The position numbers and the translations under genes were made by a program. A stretch of 63,889 nt of DNA, filler included, from Octopus bimaculoides (taxonomy: Eukaryota), in assembly GCF_001194135.2 (NCBI RefSeq). It is 3 parts of 3 records of this genome, joined end to end, with 100 filler letters (N's around TTAATTAATTAA, not from the genome) between each part and the next. Parts side by side here need not be neighbours in the genome. Positions count along the whole stretch, not along the records: positions 29,442 to 61,436 come from NC_069002.1; positions 61,537 to 63,889 come from NC_069010.1; 1 more part is not named here. The stretch is one strand, 5' to 3'. Below the pieces are notes generated by a model that made no database searches, had not been told where the DNA came from, and saw only the letters and a list, made by a program, of their open reading frames with translations. Shown here piece by piece: positions 53,231 through 63,889 of this stretch. Numbering within the stretch: position 1 is the first letter of the stretch; every line of letters begins with the position of its first letter.

Positions 53231-54007
53231 TCATATATTTACACACTCGTTCTGTATAATCATTCTCCCTCATCCTGTATGACTCCCTTCCCCATTCCTT
53301 TAAAACCCCAACACCTACTGTATATCCCCACTCCCTGATCATTTACAACCCCACTCAGTCAAGATAAAAAAATTAAAAAATAAGAGAAACGTCATTGATT
53401 TCTAAGAATAGAGTGACTGTCATTTTCCGGGAAACTAAAGTGAAACTGAAATATATATCAAGAGCAACAAGAACAACAACACTTCAGCGCCATTATAGCA
53501 ATAACACAAACATGACTATCATCATCGCTACCATCACCACCACCACCACCATAGAGCCCATCCCCGTCACCACCACCACTACAACCAACACTAACAACAA
53601 CAGCATCAATGCCACCACCCGGACAAGATACCATCACTACTAAGACCAGCAGCAGCACTACCACCACCACTACAACACGCCACCCTCACTGACAAGGGCA
53701 CCTTCGCTACCACCACCACAACCGTCACTACCACTGCCATGGCATTCATGAGACGAAAACAAGATTACCACTGGCTTGATCGCCATCAACACTACGACTA
53801 CGACGACGACGACGACGACAACGACGACGACCACCACCACCGCCACCATTATCACAACAATAACAACAACAATGCATAGTATAACCTATTAAGAAGACAA
53901 AGAATCGAAGACGGTCACTTACTCTCGATGATCCGAGTTTTATTTCCAGAGAAATCCATTGCCCACTGGTTCAGAGAACATGTAGCTAAGGTCACTTTCC
54001 GTACCAT
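42088..54007 (-). CDS. NADSYN1: Glutamine-dependent NAD(+) synthetase, spliced CDS, 705 aa
   Basis: 19 exons totalling 2118 nt, all GT-AG with consistent phase. Starts [19 protein letters not shown]. Nitrilase-type glutaminase triad Glu (GPELE), Lys (IRPK), Cys (ETCEEL). Synthetase P-loop SGGIDS; also [36 protein letters not shown] and NRHKMT...[12 protein letters not shown]. Confidence 0.96.
42455..42640 (-). CDS. NADSYN1: NADSYN1 exon 18 (VSDKVKHFF...[12 protein letters not shown]...VKM)
   Basis: tttctag / gtatgt; 186 nt. Confidence 0.94.
43139..43279 (-). CDS. NADSYN1: NADSYN1 exon 17 ([11 protein letters not shown]...FPEV)
   Basis: ctccag / gtaagt; 141 nt. Confidence 0.94.
43587..43656 (-). 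CDS. NADSYN1: NADSYN1 exon 16 ([23 protein letters not shown])
   Basis: ctttcag / gtgaag; 70 nt. Confidence 0.95.
43680..43890. repeat. ~39-bp tandem repeat built from ~13-bp subunits (NADSYN1 intron 15)
   Basis: Three copies of gtagcaatctttatagtgtattcatg plus catgtag subunits. Confidence 0.75.
43903..44160 (+). mobile_element. Diverged SINE related to family A (NADSYN1 intron 15)
   Basis: tRNA-like head gtggctcagtggttaggg and shared gggtacatgtgtctgtggagtactcagcc block. Confidence 0.7.
44227..44358 (-). CDS. NADSYN1: NADSYN1 exon 15 ([26 protein letters not shown]...SLK)
   Basis: ttccag / gtaagt; 132 nt. Confidence 0.96.
44603..44709 (-). CDS. NADSYN1: NADSYN1 exon 14 ([14 protein letters not shown]...GSANIDE)
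   Basis: aatcag / gtaaat; 107 nt. Confidence 0.95.
45834..45969 (-). CDS. NADSYN1: NADSYN1 exon 13 (YHLEIS...ENQALQNVQ)
   Basis: ttttcag / gtaagg; 136 nt. Confidence 0.95.
46889..47054 (-). CDS. NADSYN1: NADSYN1 exon 12 (ATVIED...[10 protein letters not shown]...QIG)
   Basis: tttgcag / gtcagt; 166 nt. Confidence 0.95.
47115..47280 (+). mobile_element. tRNA-like SINE family D (ggcgcaggaatggctgagtggtaagtagcttgct...)
   Basis: Reverse-complement copies at 14340-14462, 15903-15955, 55070-55136, 56985-57120 and 63100-63165. Confidence 0.75.
47902..48053 (-). CDS. NADSYN1: NADSYN1 exon 11 ([15 protein letters not shown]...LSGGIDS...VVNK)
   Basis: atccag / gtatgt; 152 nt; SGGIDS P-loop. Confidence 0.96.
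48316..48434 (-). CDS. NADSYN1: NADSYN1 exon 10 (ATNHESFP...[11 protein letters not shown])
   Basis: caacag / gtgagc; 119 nt. Confidence 0.93.
48518..48856 (-). mobile_element. CR1-clade LINE 3' end in NADSYN1 intron 9
   Basis: [50 protein letters not shown]...* is a typical CR1 ORF2 C-terminus; 3' UTR ends in (ATT)n. Confidence 0.8.
48935..49009 (-). CDS. NADSYN1: NADSYN1 exon 9 ([25 protein letters not shown])
   Basis: ttgcag / gtaagt; 75 nt. Confidence 0.93.
49358..49489 (-). CDS. NADSYN1: NADSYN1 exon 8 ([22 protein letters not shown]...KDV)
   Basis: tttacag / gtaagt; 132 nt. Confidence 0.95.
49844..49961 (-). CDS. NADSYN1: NADSYN1 exon 7 ([25 protein letters not shown]...TRK)
   Basis: cttcag / gtttgt; 118 nt. 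Confidence 0.93.
50330..50413 (-). mobile_element. RTE-clade LINE C-terminal fragment
   Basis: [24 protein letters not shown] matches the RTE G.R.RGRP.K.W motif. Confidence 0.7.
50801..50889 (-). CDS. NADSYN1: NADSYN1 exon 6 (KTVPFGD...[10 protein letters not shown])
   Basis: ttcctag / gtaaat; 89 nt; catalytic Cys. Confidence 0.95.
51056..51197 (-). CDS. NADSYN1: NADSYN1 exon 5 (RILLIRPK...GNYREMRWF...EICGQ)
   Basis: atgcag / gtaaga; 142 nt; catalytic Lys. Confidence 0.95.
51771..51824 (-). CDS. NADSYN1: NADSYN1 exon 4 ([17 protein letters not shown])
   Basis: ttgcag / gtaagt; 54 nt. Confidence 0.93.
52508..52624 (-). CDS. NADSYN1: NADSYN1 exon 3 ([12 protein letters not shown]...VCDVG)
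   Basis: ttgcag / gtaagc; 117 nt. Confidence 0.95.
52807..52867 (-). CDS. NADSYN1: NADSYN1 exon 2 ([19 protein letters not shown])
   Basis: caacag / gtgagt; 61 nt; catalytic Glu. Confidence 0.95.
53923..54007 (-). CDS. NADSYN1: NADSYN1 exon 1 ([28 protein letters not shown])
   Basis: ATG at 54007; donor A|gtaagt; 85 nt. Confidence 0.95.
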
Positions 54008-54310
54008 GATTGTCAAACTGCAGGCGATTTGTTTTGACAGTTCCTCGTTATTTCAGCTTACAGCTTACTTGCGTCCCTCTTACAGCTCCACTCAACCTGT
54101 CTGAACCAAAATAGAAAAGGGTTGTGAAGTAGAATGAGATGAGAACAGTGGTTTCGGTACGATAGCAAGTTCGATCGGCGTCGCTACTCTTCCGCGTGTT
54201 TAAGTCCGTTTTTCGGTTATACTTTGTTGCTAATGATATCCGGTGCGAAGTGCAAATAGAGTTACTTCCCCTGACTATCTACGCTTTCGCTGTTACTGAG
54301 ATAATTATTA
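54008..54310 (-). promoter_or_regulatory. Putative NADSYN1 5' UTR/promoter region
   Basis: Directly upstream of the ATG and visibly CpG-richer than the background (e.g. ttcgatcggcgtcgctactcttccgcgtg). TSS not determinable. Confidence 0.4.
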
Positions 54311-54578
54311 GAGAATAGCAGACTTAATTAGGGTGTCTGTTTCCGTTGGTAAGCAATTAATTTATATATTAATGGAAGGCTTTATAATACTAGATACTGA
54401 ATGACGAAAAATCAGGTTGTGAAAGACTGTAATGCATCCTATTGTGAGGATTGCACAATCTGGGCTGACATGGAGCGAATAACAATCCACACGCAGACGC
54501 GAAATTTTATTCCACCTACACCCATACTGTGTTAAAAAAGAAATAGATTTAAGAAGCTTACAACCAATAAAGTTGATC

Positions 54579-54609
<31 letters not shown>

Positions 54610-54632
54610 CTATTTATCTACCTGTCTGTCTT

Positions 54633-54663
<31 letters not shown>

Positions 54664-56493
54664 GTCTNNNNNNNNNNNNNNNNNNNNNNNNNNNNNNNNN
54701 NNNNNNNNNNNNNNNNNNNNNNNNNNNNNNNNNNNNNNNNNNNNNNNNNNNNNNNNNNNNNNNNNNNNNNNNNNNNNNNNNNNNNNNNNNNNNNNNNNNN
54801 NNNNNNNNNNNNNNNNNNNNNNNNNNNNNNNNNNNNNNNNNNNNNNNNNNNNNNNNNNNNNNNNNNNNNNNNNNNNNNNNNNNNNNNNNNNNNNNNNNNN
54901 NNNNNNNNNNNNNNNNNNNNNNNNNNNNNNNNNNNNNNNNNNNNNNNNNNNNNNNNNNNNNNNNNNNNNNNNNNNNNNNNNNNNNNNNNNNNNNNNNNNN
55001 NNNNNNNNNNNNNNNNNNNNNNNNNNNNNNNNNNNNNNNNNNNNNNNNNNNNNNNNNNNNNNNNNNNNNTTTGGTCGGCCCGAGGCTATAGTAGAAGACA
55101 CTGGCCCATGGTGCCACGCAGTGGAACTGAACCCGAGAAGCGTGGTGAAGTGGAAGTAGGTAGATCTGAAAGGGAATTGCGAACGGAGTTCAGGGTAGAA
55201 TAAGATGAAAAGGGAACAACGGAAATCGAGGCACTCTTTATGGATTCTGAACCTGGTTGATACATCACCCAAATCTCCCTTATATCACAGCCCTGTTTTT
55301 TTCCTTTTTTTAAACTGATCAAGTATACCCAAATGTACAAAATGTGGTACCCAGGTTTGACTCATCTTTAATTCTGGATTTCCTCAATCAAACTTGTCAT
55401 CGTTCTGAACAAACTATTCAATTATGAAATGAAAAGTTATCTTCCCCTTGTAGTGAGATCTTGATATTTAGCAATTGCATAATTAAAAGTAAAATTTGAA
55501 AACAGATATTGTTGTATTTCGAGGACGGGGTCATTTTTCAAGTATTTTCATTTATATATTCGGACTTGGCGAGTTTATTACTTTTCTAATTTTAACTCAT
55601 GTCCATTGTCCGGAAATCTTTCGTCAGTGACACTTTCCGCCCTCGTATGTGCTCCTGCTCCGCTTAATCACGAATTTAGGGAACACTAAACGTCGGTATT
55701 GAATATGATACGAATGAATTGCTGAAATAAATTTTTTCTCTTAGCTGGAGAAATAAAAAACAAACAATAAAAAGCTCCCCGCAACAACCCCGAAAAAGAC
55801 GAAAAAGTAAAACTAGAGAACTGGAAGAAAAAAAAAAAAAAAAAAAAAAAAGAAAGAAAGAAAAAGCGGCTATGCAGTTCTTCCTGATATACCAAATTAC
55901 TAGTCGGTCACGTCTGGAACGTTTATAATTGTCAGTGTTGTTCAGTGAAAACTTGTTAGCAATGAATTGCAGAGAGGAAGCGAGGTAACTCTTTATTACA
56001 AGATAATTTATCGGTAACAGTGACAGTAAACATAAACAATATGAGAGACCACTAAGTGGATCCCTTGTATGCTAAAAATAAACGTCAAACCGTCTTACCA
56101 CTAAATCTGTGATCTCAAGTTAGCAAGACGCTAGATGTTTACGAGCTAGACAAATGAAAAGAAACAAACATATCTTTCTTTCTCTCATTCTTTGTTTATT
56201 CCTTTCTTCCTTTCCTTCTTTCTTTCTTTACTATGTATATTTAGGGATTAATACGCCAAAAATAGTAGTTGGTGTTAAACTTCTAATTTATAGTTTGCAT
56301 CCGTCACATAGAATTAATGACCTCTACGGCTTACCATAACGTTGATTGGACATCCTGTTAGCCGGGCTCTGTTGACACAGGGTACTTATAGACGTATTCG
56401 GCTGGATTTACTCACTTCCTTTTTCCACACACATACAGATATAGATATACAGATACACGCACACACACATGTATATATACATACATACATAAT

Positions 56494-56544
<51 letters not shown>

Positions 56545-56664
56545 NNNNNNNNNNNNNNNNNNNNNNNNNNNNNNNNNNNNNNNNNNNNNNNNNNNNNNNN
56601 NNNNNNNNNNNNNNNNNNNNNNNNGGGGACAAACACAGAATATATATTACATATATATATTCTG

Positions 56665-56860
56665 TTTTACTCTTTTACTTGTTTCAGTCATTTGACTGTG
56701 GCCATGCTGGAGCACCGCCTTTAGTCGAGCAAATCGACCCCAGGACTTATTCTTTGGAAGCCTAGTACTTATGCTATCGGTCTCTTTTGCCGAACCGCTA
56801 AGTTACGGGGACGTAAACACACCACCATCGGTTGTCAAGCGATGGTGGGGGGACAAACAC
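56665..56860 (+). mobile_element. Interspersed repeat family C (tttacttgtttcagtcatttgactgtggccatgctggagcacc...)
   Basis: Homologous copies at 47295-47452(-), 29100-29275, 15690-15790, 5205-5375 and partial copies elsewhere; probably a SINE in antisense. Confidence 0.75.
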
Positions 56861-57621
56861 AGAATATATATTACATATATATATATATATTGCTTATATA
56901 TATATATATATTATATATATATATTACGTATATATATTAATTCTCTTACGTATATATATATTTTACACACACAAACACACACACACACGGCGGGCTTCTT
57001 TCAGTTTCCGTCTACCAAATCTACTCACAAGACTTAGCCGAGGTGCCACACAGTGGGACTGAACCCAGAACCACGTGGTTGGGAAGCAAGCTTCTTACCA
57101 CACAGCTACACCTACACCTATTTAAAAAGTTGTCAGTTTCTAAATTGCTGTGTTCCGCACGCCTGACAACAATGACTGGACGCCTTTCCATTTCTTGTGC
57201 CAGCATTTGATCTGGCACAGGGGAGCCGAAAGGATTACAAATCTTTTAACTGTTTTAAAGAAATTAATTTGCAGATAATTAAGTGTCCTCAAATACCACT
57301 GGCAACTAGGGTTTATCTTAGAACTTATCAGTGTTTATCAGTGTGTGCGTGTGTGTGTGTTAGTGTGTATCTGTGCGTGCATGTGTCAACGTATATTGCA
57401 TCGAGTGACCCCTCCAACATCAATACCACTACCAACAACAACAACAACAACAAACAACCAGCTGTGAAGAAAAATGATGCAGATTGATAACCGATCGATT
57501 ACTGTCAGAGAAATGAAACCTGCCCCGACTTGTTGATCAATTGACGATGAGTTGTTTGTCATTTTCTGTCTGGTTATCACGAATCAGAGACATTAGAACT
57601 GCGGCGACTGTTCAGTAATAT

Positions 57622-58040
57622 GTGACGATGATGATGATGATGATGATGATAATGGTGATGATGATGACGACGACGGCGATGATGATGATGTTATTGTTGT
57701 TGTTAGTGATGATGATGGTGACGATGACAACGACGATTACGATGAAGATGATGATGAGGATGAGGCTGATGTTGATGTTGCTGCTGCTGCTGATGATGAA
57801 GACGACGATGACGACGATGAAAACGATGACGACGATGATGATAATGATGAAGACAATAACGATAATTTTGATGATGATGGAGAGGAAGAGAAGGGGGAGG
57901 AGTAGGAGAAGGAGGAAGAGAGGGGGAAGGGGAGAAGGAGGATGATGATGACCATGATATCGATGATGATGGTGTTGGCGATGACAACTATAACGACGAC
58001 ACGGATGATGGTGATGATGATGATGTTGGTGTCGTTATTG
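57622..58040. repeat. Compound trinucleotide microsatellite (GAT/GAC/GTT/GAG mosaic)
   Basis: Direct reading. Similar mosaics at 13230-13525, 22330-22530, 32420-32650, 53465-53870 and 59880-60115 produce spurious ORFs. Confidence 0.9.
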
Positions 58041-60667
58041 TTCTTGTTCATATGGTTGTTTAGCTCTAGAATAACCTTGATAAAGAACACTCCTTGGACC
58101 ACCTTCCAGGTTTTGCTCTCAGATTCGTCCTTTCGCTCCAAAGATCAGCATCTCCCGGGGCCCAATAGGCTATTATGTAGAGAGAGAGATTTGACTGTTG
58201 TTTCTAGCGAGTCCTGCCATCAGGTAAAGGCTCCTTCGTTGGCTCAGTGAATACACAGCGTTTCCTTCCTTCATTGGCTGCTATTTCTAGTAAGTCGTTG
58301 CTCCCCCCTTACTCCCTTCTATTAGTAGTGTTTTTATTCAGTGGCGTTCTTTCCATGGCTATCTCGTTATATTTTCAGATGTATATCTTTTCTGCTCTGG
58401 GCTAACATTTCTGCCAGCTCGCCGCCTTTAGGCACACGGCCCGAAAATTTTGGGGAAGGGGCCAGTCGATTAGATCGACCCCAGAAAAGCAACTGGTACT
58501 TAATTTATCGATCCCGCAAGAATGAAAGGTAAAGTCGGCCTCGGTGGAATTTGAATTCAGAACGTAAAGACATACGAAATGCCAATTTCTTTATTGCCTA
58601 CCGGAGGCTAAACATAGAAATGGACAGAACAAATGATGGGATCAGTAATGCGGTATGATTTTACATAAAATGTGACTTTTAAAAATCAAATAAAATATTT
58701 AAAAAAAAAATAGAATGAACAATACAGGGACAATACAAATGAAGCGATGATCAGGCCACGCTTCGATCCCATAAGCCCCGATCTATCACTGGTACCTTTT
58801 TTTTAATTCTTTNNNNNNNNNNTGATCAGGCCACGCTTCGATCCCATAAGCCCCGATCTATCACTGGTACCTTTTTTTTAATTCTTTTTTTTTCCGTCTA
58901 TTCACACGTTTCCTTGCACGCACAACACTCGTGCAACATGCTTCCATCTCTTTTGGAACGTACACTCCGACAGACATCTCTTCTCCAGCCACACCTTCCT
59001 TCGTATTTCCTTATACCTCCCCCATTCGAATTATTACTCCCTCTCACTTCGTCCTCATCATAGCCCAGGCGTTTAGTCTTCTCATACAGTTCACCCTCGC
59101 TGTCCTTTCCCTAAACTGCTACTCCACATGATTCATTCATTTTATTATTTTATCTCTTTCTCACTCATTAGCTAACAACCAAAATGACAGCCGTCACCCA
59201 CTCTCCCCCTTTCCACCTCACTCCTCCTCACTCACAGATAAAAGGCAAAGTTCCGAAATGTTAGATTATTCGCCCTTCACGTTAATAAAAGTTAAAAATC
59301 TCTTCTACATATTCTAGTAAACATCATCCACAAGAATTCGACATGCTAACCAAATGGGCGAGTAATTTATGGTCCCTGACTTGTTCATTAAGGTCTTTGT
59401 CAAGGAGTTTTTGCTCGAAATATCAGGACTAAGTAAATATTATCTAAAATAACTCTCCAACACATTTTTCATCGTGATATCCTATATTTAATGTGATATC
59501 TACATAGCCACAGCCTTCTATAAAACATTGGGTTTCTACATTATCCAATGTCCTTCATTTAATTGAGACAGCTGAGATGATAAAAGGAGGATTTGGTCAC
59601 TATTTGTAGAAGAGGTCAGTAATCACATAAAGGTCTCCACCTGGGGGTTTCCTGGCTGTTGTTTACAATAACATTCCAATAGGTTATGGAGGTAAAGGTG
59701 CTGTTGTTGTTATAGTTATTGTGGTTGTTGTTCTTATTGTTACCTGCTGTCAATAACACTGCGAGTTGAAGCATGCATGGTTATCGAAGTGCTATTGAAT
59801 TAGAAATACCATGAAGAGACTCTGGATCAATGATTAACCAGAATATCGAACGATCAAACCGAAGACTAGATAGGTAAGAGATGACGATGGTGATTAGGAT
59901 AATGACGATAGCGATAACGATTATGATGAGGGATGGAGCTATGTAGATAGAGCATTATGATGATGATGATGATGATGTAAATGATGAGGTTGATGATGAC
60001 AATGATGATGGTTATGGCGATGATGGTGGTGATGATGGTGTTGATGATGAACGCGTAGGTTTTAAATGGTGACGATGATGACGAAGATAATGATAACAAC
60101 AACAACAACAACAGCAACCTTAATCCCATCACAGTCGCAACTCACTGAGAGTGAATATATCGACTGTGTTACAATTCTCACCTCCTCCTCCTCCTCATTG
60201 GCTGTTGTGTAGCCACAAGTTAACCCTGATCGAACAAACTTATGGTCGAAAGCAATTTGGTACAACTGGCTGGACATTTAGTTTGTTCTGGCGACTACTT
60301 TTTGACGCCAGAAACAAATATACGACTTTGCCTTTCATCCTTTCGGGGTTGATAAATAAAGAACCAGTTGTATACTGAGGTCGATCTAATCGACTAGCCC
60401 CCCTCTCCCCAAATTTCGGTCTTTGTGCCTAGAGTAGAAAAGTATTTATTAATTGATCAAGATTGCCATAAACATTTTCGTCTACCTCTTACACATAAAA
60501 AAGAAATATGCCATGCTCAGACGTATATATATAGGGAGAGAGNNNNNNNNNNCAAAACACACGCACACAAACACGCTCGCAGGTGTGCACAGAAATGCAC
60601 GCATACAGATAAAAAAAGTGAGAGAGAAGAGAGGGAACAGAGACATTACAATGTATTAATTGATCAA

Positions 60668-60890
60668 GGTAGCGAGCTGGCAGAAACGGTAGCACACCGG
60701 GTGAAATGCTTAGCGGCATTTCGTCTGTCTTTACATTTCGAGTTCAAATTCCGCCGAGGTCGACTTTGCCTTTCATCCTTTCGGGGTTGATAAATAAAGA
60801 ACCAGTTGTATACTGAGGTCGATCTAATCGACTAGCCCCCCTCTCCCCAAATTTCGGTCTTTGTGCCTAGAGTAGAAAAGTATTTATTAA
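60668..60890 (+). mobile_element. SINE family B copy
   Basis: gcgagctggcagaaacggtagcacaccgg...gtcgactttgcctttcatcc...gtgcctagagtagaaaag. Confidence 0.8.
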
Positions 60891-61394
60891 TTGATCAAGA
60901 TTGCCATAAACATTTTCGTCTACCTCTTACACATAAAAAAGAAATATGCCATGCTCAGACGTATATATATAGGGAGAGAGAGGAAGACAGAGACGTAACG
61001 AGGGAGAAAAATAGCGAAGGACAAAAACGAGAAACATTAAAAAGCCTGATGTCAAATAATTCAGCTGCGCTGGATTTGAACCATTTCTTATCGGCCCGAA
61101 AGGAGTAAAGGTAAAGTTGAGCGTAGAGCAATTTGAACGCAGAATGGAAAGCGTTGGAACCAATACAGTGAGACATTATAGCCAACGTCTGAATGTCTCT
61201 ACTAAATCGCCTGGTCTTCGATCATAGTTTTGCTCAGTCTGGGATGCCTGGGGCTTCAAAGGCAACAACAAGAACAGCATTACCAACAGCAATAACAATA
61301 ACCACATTTGATTGATGTGTTAAAGTTAAATCCATGTTATCGTTGATACTGAAGTTTAACTCCAGATTAGATCTAATCGAACTGCGCCATGTTT

Positions 61395-61436
<42 letters not shown>

Positions 61437-61536
61437 NNNNNNNNNNNNNNNNNNNNNNNNNNNNNNNNNNNNNNNNNNNNTTAATTAATTAANNNNNNNN
61501 NNNNNNNNNNNNNNNNNNNNNNNNNNNNNNNNNNNN
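61437..61536. other. Artificial scaffold spacer N44-TTAATTAATTAA-N44
   Basis: Same construct as 29342-29441. Confidence 0.9.
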
Positions 61537-61816
61537 TTTACCCTTAACGTAGTTCTCGGGGGGATATTCAGCATGACACAGAGTGTGACAAGGCTGGCCC
61601 CTTTGAATTACAGGTACAACAGAAACAGGAAGTAAGAGTGAGAGAAAGTTGTGGTGAAAGAGTACAGCAGGGTTCGCCACCATCCCCTGCCAGAGCCTCG
61701 TGGAGCTTTAGGTGTTTTCGCTCAATAAACACTCACAACGCCCGGTCTGGGAATCGAAACCATGATCCTATAACCGCGAGTCCGCTGCCCTAACCACTGG
61801 GCCATTGCGCCTCCAC
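61537..61816 (-). mobile_element. SINE family A copy, 3' end cut by scaffold spacer
   Basis: Reverse complement of the 4524 element head (gccattgcgcctccac at the right end). Confidence 0.88.
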
Positions 61817-62814
61817 CATGAGGAAGCACATAAATTCAAAACAAGGTGGGAAAAAATAGTACTCAATTACCAAAGGTAGAGCAATATGCTTTTATTAAAA
61901 CTGCAAAATTATCACAGAACTGTTACTCAGTTTGACATTCCCGTTTGTTGGACAGCTGTTGTAAATACTGAATTAGAATTTTGTGATGGTACGTGTAATA
62001 TAATATGATATGATATGATATATAATCCAGTTCAACGAATAAACATTTAAATTTAATTGGGTGACTCACTTTCAAAACGGAACTGAGTGGTTTTTTGTTA
62101 CCAGTTGGGTGGGTGGCGGATCTGAAAATTAGCAGCAAAATATAAACACATTATGATAAGATCTAAAAAAAAACACCTTGGGTAAANNNNNNNNNNNNNN
62201 NNNNNNNNNNNNNNNNNNNNNNNNNNNNNNNNNNNNNNNNNNNNNNNNNNNNNNNNNNNNNNNNNNNNNNNNNNNNNNNNNNNNNNNNNNNNNNNNNNNN
62301 NNNNNNNNNNNNNNNNNNNNNNNNNNNNNNNNNNNNNNNNNNNNNNNNNNNNNNNNNNNNNNNNNNNNNNNNNNNNNNNNNNNNNNNNNNNNNNNNNNNN
62401 NNNNNNNNNNNNNNNNNNNNNNNNNNNNNNNNNNNNNNNNNNNNNNNNNNNNNNNNNNNNNNNNNNNNNNNNNNNNNNNNNNNNNNNNNNNNNNNNNNNN
62501 NNNNNNNNNNNNNNNNNNNNNNNNNNNNNNNNNNNNNNNNNNNNNNNNNNNNNNNNNNNNNNNNNNNNNNNNNNNNNNNNNNNNNNNNNNNNNNNNNNNN
62601 NNNNNNNNNNNNNNNNNNNNNNNNNNNNNNNNNNNNNNNNNNNNNNNNNNNNNNNNNNNNNNNNNNNNNNNNNNNNNNNNNNNNNNNNNNNNNNNNNNNN
62701 NNNNNNNNNNNNNNNNNNNNGAATATAAAAGTTGGGTGTTTGAAAACCCATTTCTCACCTGGGGGGCGTCTGCCACATGCCACCATGTTGCTGGTGTGTA
62801 TGCAACATTCATCG

Positions 62815-63030
62815 TCATCATCATCATCATCGTTTAACGTCCGCTTTCCATGCTAGCATGGGTTGGACGATTTGACTGAGGACTGGTGAAACCGGATGGC
62901 AACACCAGGCTCCAATCTGATTTGGCAGAGTTTCTACAGCTGGATGCCCTTCCTAATGCCAACCACTCCAACAGTGTAGCAGGTGCTTCTACGTGCCACC
63001 GGCATGAGGGCCATCAGGCGGTACTGGCAA
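62815..63030 (-). mobile_element. Interspersed repeat family E ending in (GAT)n (RTE-tail-like SINE)
   Basis: catcatcgtttaacgtccgctttccatgctagcatgggttggacg...ctggatgcccttcct. Related copies at 46135-46310, 50080-50290 and 41625-41790. Confidence 0.7.
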
Positions 63031-63172
63031 CGGCACAAGTTGTCAGGTGGTAGGCTAAGAGAATAAACACTGATACACACACATACATAGATACATATAT
63101 GACAGGATTCTTTCAGTTTCCCTCTGCCAAATCCACTAACAAGTCTTTGGTCAGCTCAAGGATACTGTTTAC

Positions 63173-63495
63173 TTGATATGCATGTAGAGTGCATATTGAT
63201 ATATACAGAAAGTGTATTTCAATATGTGAAGCAAGTGCAACTTGATGTGCACAGAAAGTGCATCTTGATATATATACAGAAGATACATTTTGGTATATAC
63301 ACAAAGTGCATTTTGATATTGCAGCAAGTGCGATTTGATGCATACAGAAAGTGCCTCTTAATATTTACAGTAAATGTATCTTGGTATATACAGAAAGTGC
63401 ATTTTGATATGTGCATGTGCACTAATTCCATCTTGATATATGCAACAAGCCCCTCTTCATATGTGCAACAAGTCCCTCTTCATATATGCAGTTAC
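63173..63495. repeat. 23-bp minisatellite, about 13 diverged copies
   Basis: Consensus ttgatatatacagaaagtgcatc read directly from the sequence. Confidence 0.8.
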
Positions 63496-63842
63496 CAACA
63501 AGATGCATAACTGCAATATATGTGCAGTTACGCATGTCATTGCTAAAAAAGACATGACTCTCACATGTCCAGTATGGATGGTCTTTAAAAATCCCTGTTC
63601 ATGGCAACAATACAGGTTTCCAGTGGTCCCTGCATCGATGTGTGTATGAAGAAAGTTCCAGAAAAGTCAGTGAAGGGTGAGATGGTTTACAGAGAAGCAG
63701 GATGCTGTTTGAGGTAAATGGTTGTTAAGTTCTGTTCTTTGCATAGCAACGGGACAATGTCAACACGAACACACACACACACATACACACACACCTACAG
63801 ACTTATGTAACTATCAGTTTATATATATTATATATTTGTTTC

Positions 63843-63889
<47 letters not shown>

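Noticed and set aside
42640-54007. Minor-spliceosome or non-canonical introns in NADSYN1
   Set aside because: All 18 donors and acceptors read as ordinary GT-AG with U2-type donors.
54401-54535. 44-aa Cys-containing ORF (DCNASYCEDC) divergent from NADSYN1
   Set aside because: Incomplete zinc-binding pattern, no splice support, and length expected by chance.
58749-58885. Direct repeat flanking a 10-N gap
   Set aside because: Same assembly overlap pattern.
60326-60980. Identical ~215-bp block at 60326-60542 and 60766-60980 (two copies of the MPRVEKYLL ORF)
   Set aside because: 100% identity next to a 10-N gap, including SINE sequence; most likely an assembly artefact.
111-63889. Most ORFs in the supplied track (YIYI, THTH, CVCV, poly-M/V/I/S, X-runs)
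   Set aside because: They are translations of microsatellites or run through N gaps; no coding signal.

Overview
AT-rich, microsatellite- and SINE-dense eukaryotic genomic DNA with many assembly gaps. The repeat families and microsatellite load point to an octopus (coleoid cephalopod) genome; this is inference, no search was run. Two intact spliced genes lie tail-to-tail: a UCP2/3-type mitochondrial uncoupling protein (+, 5 coding exons, 32224-35365, 320 aa) and glutamine-dependent NAD+ synthetase NADSYN1 (-, 19 coding exons, 54007-42088, 705 aa). Both were rebuilt exon by exon, with GT-AG junctions and consistent phases. The best lead is missing from the ORF track: a cleanly spliced 5' leader exon of the UCP gene (31456-31723) carries a 53-codon upstream ORF with 15 consecutive Gln codons. 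This recalls the glutamine-responsive uORF of mammalian UCP2 and may be a glutamine-sensing translational switch, next to a glutamine-consuming enzyme. Other leads: several NADSYN1 codons differ from conserved residues by a single A-for-G (candidate restorative A-to-I editing); a near-perfect 275-bp palindrome sits between the two 3' ends; there are several foldback/MITE elements and a Dong/R4-like LINE fragment in TAA repeats; and two artificial 100-bp scaffold spacers (N44-TTAATTAATTAA-N44) limit what can be said about neighbourhoods. Nearly all other ORFs in the track are microsatellite or gap translations.
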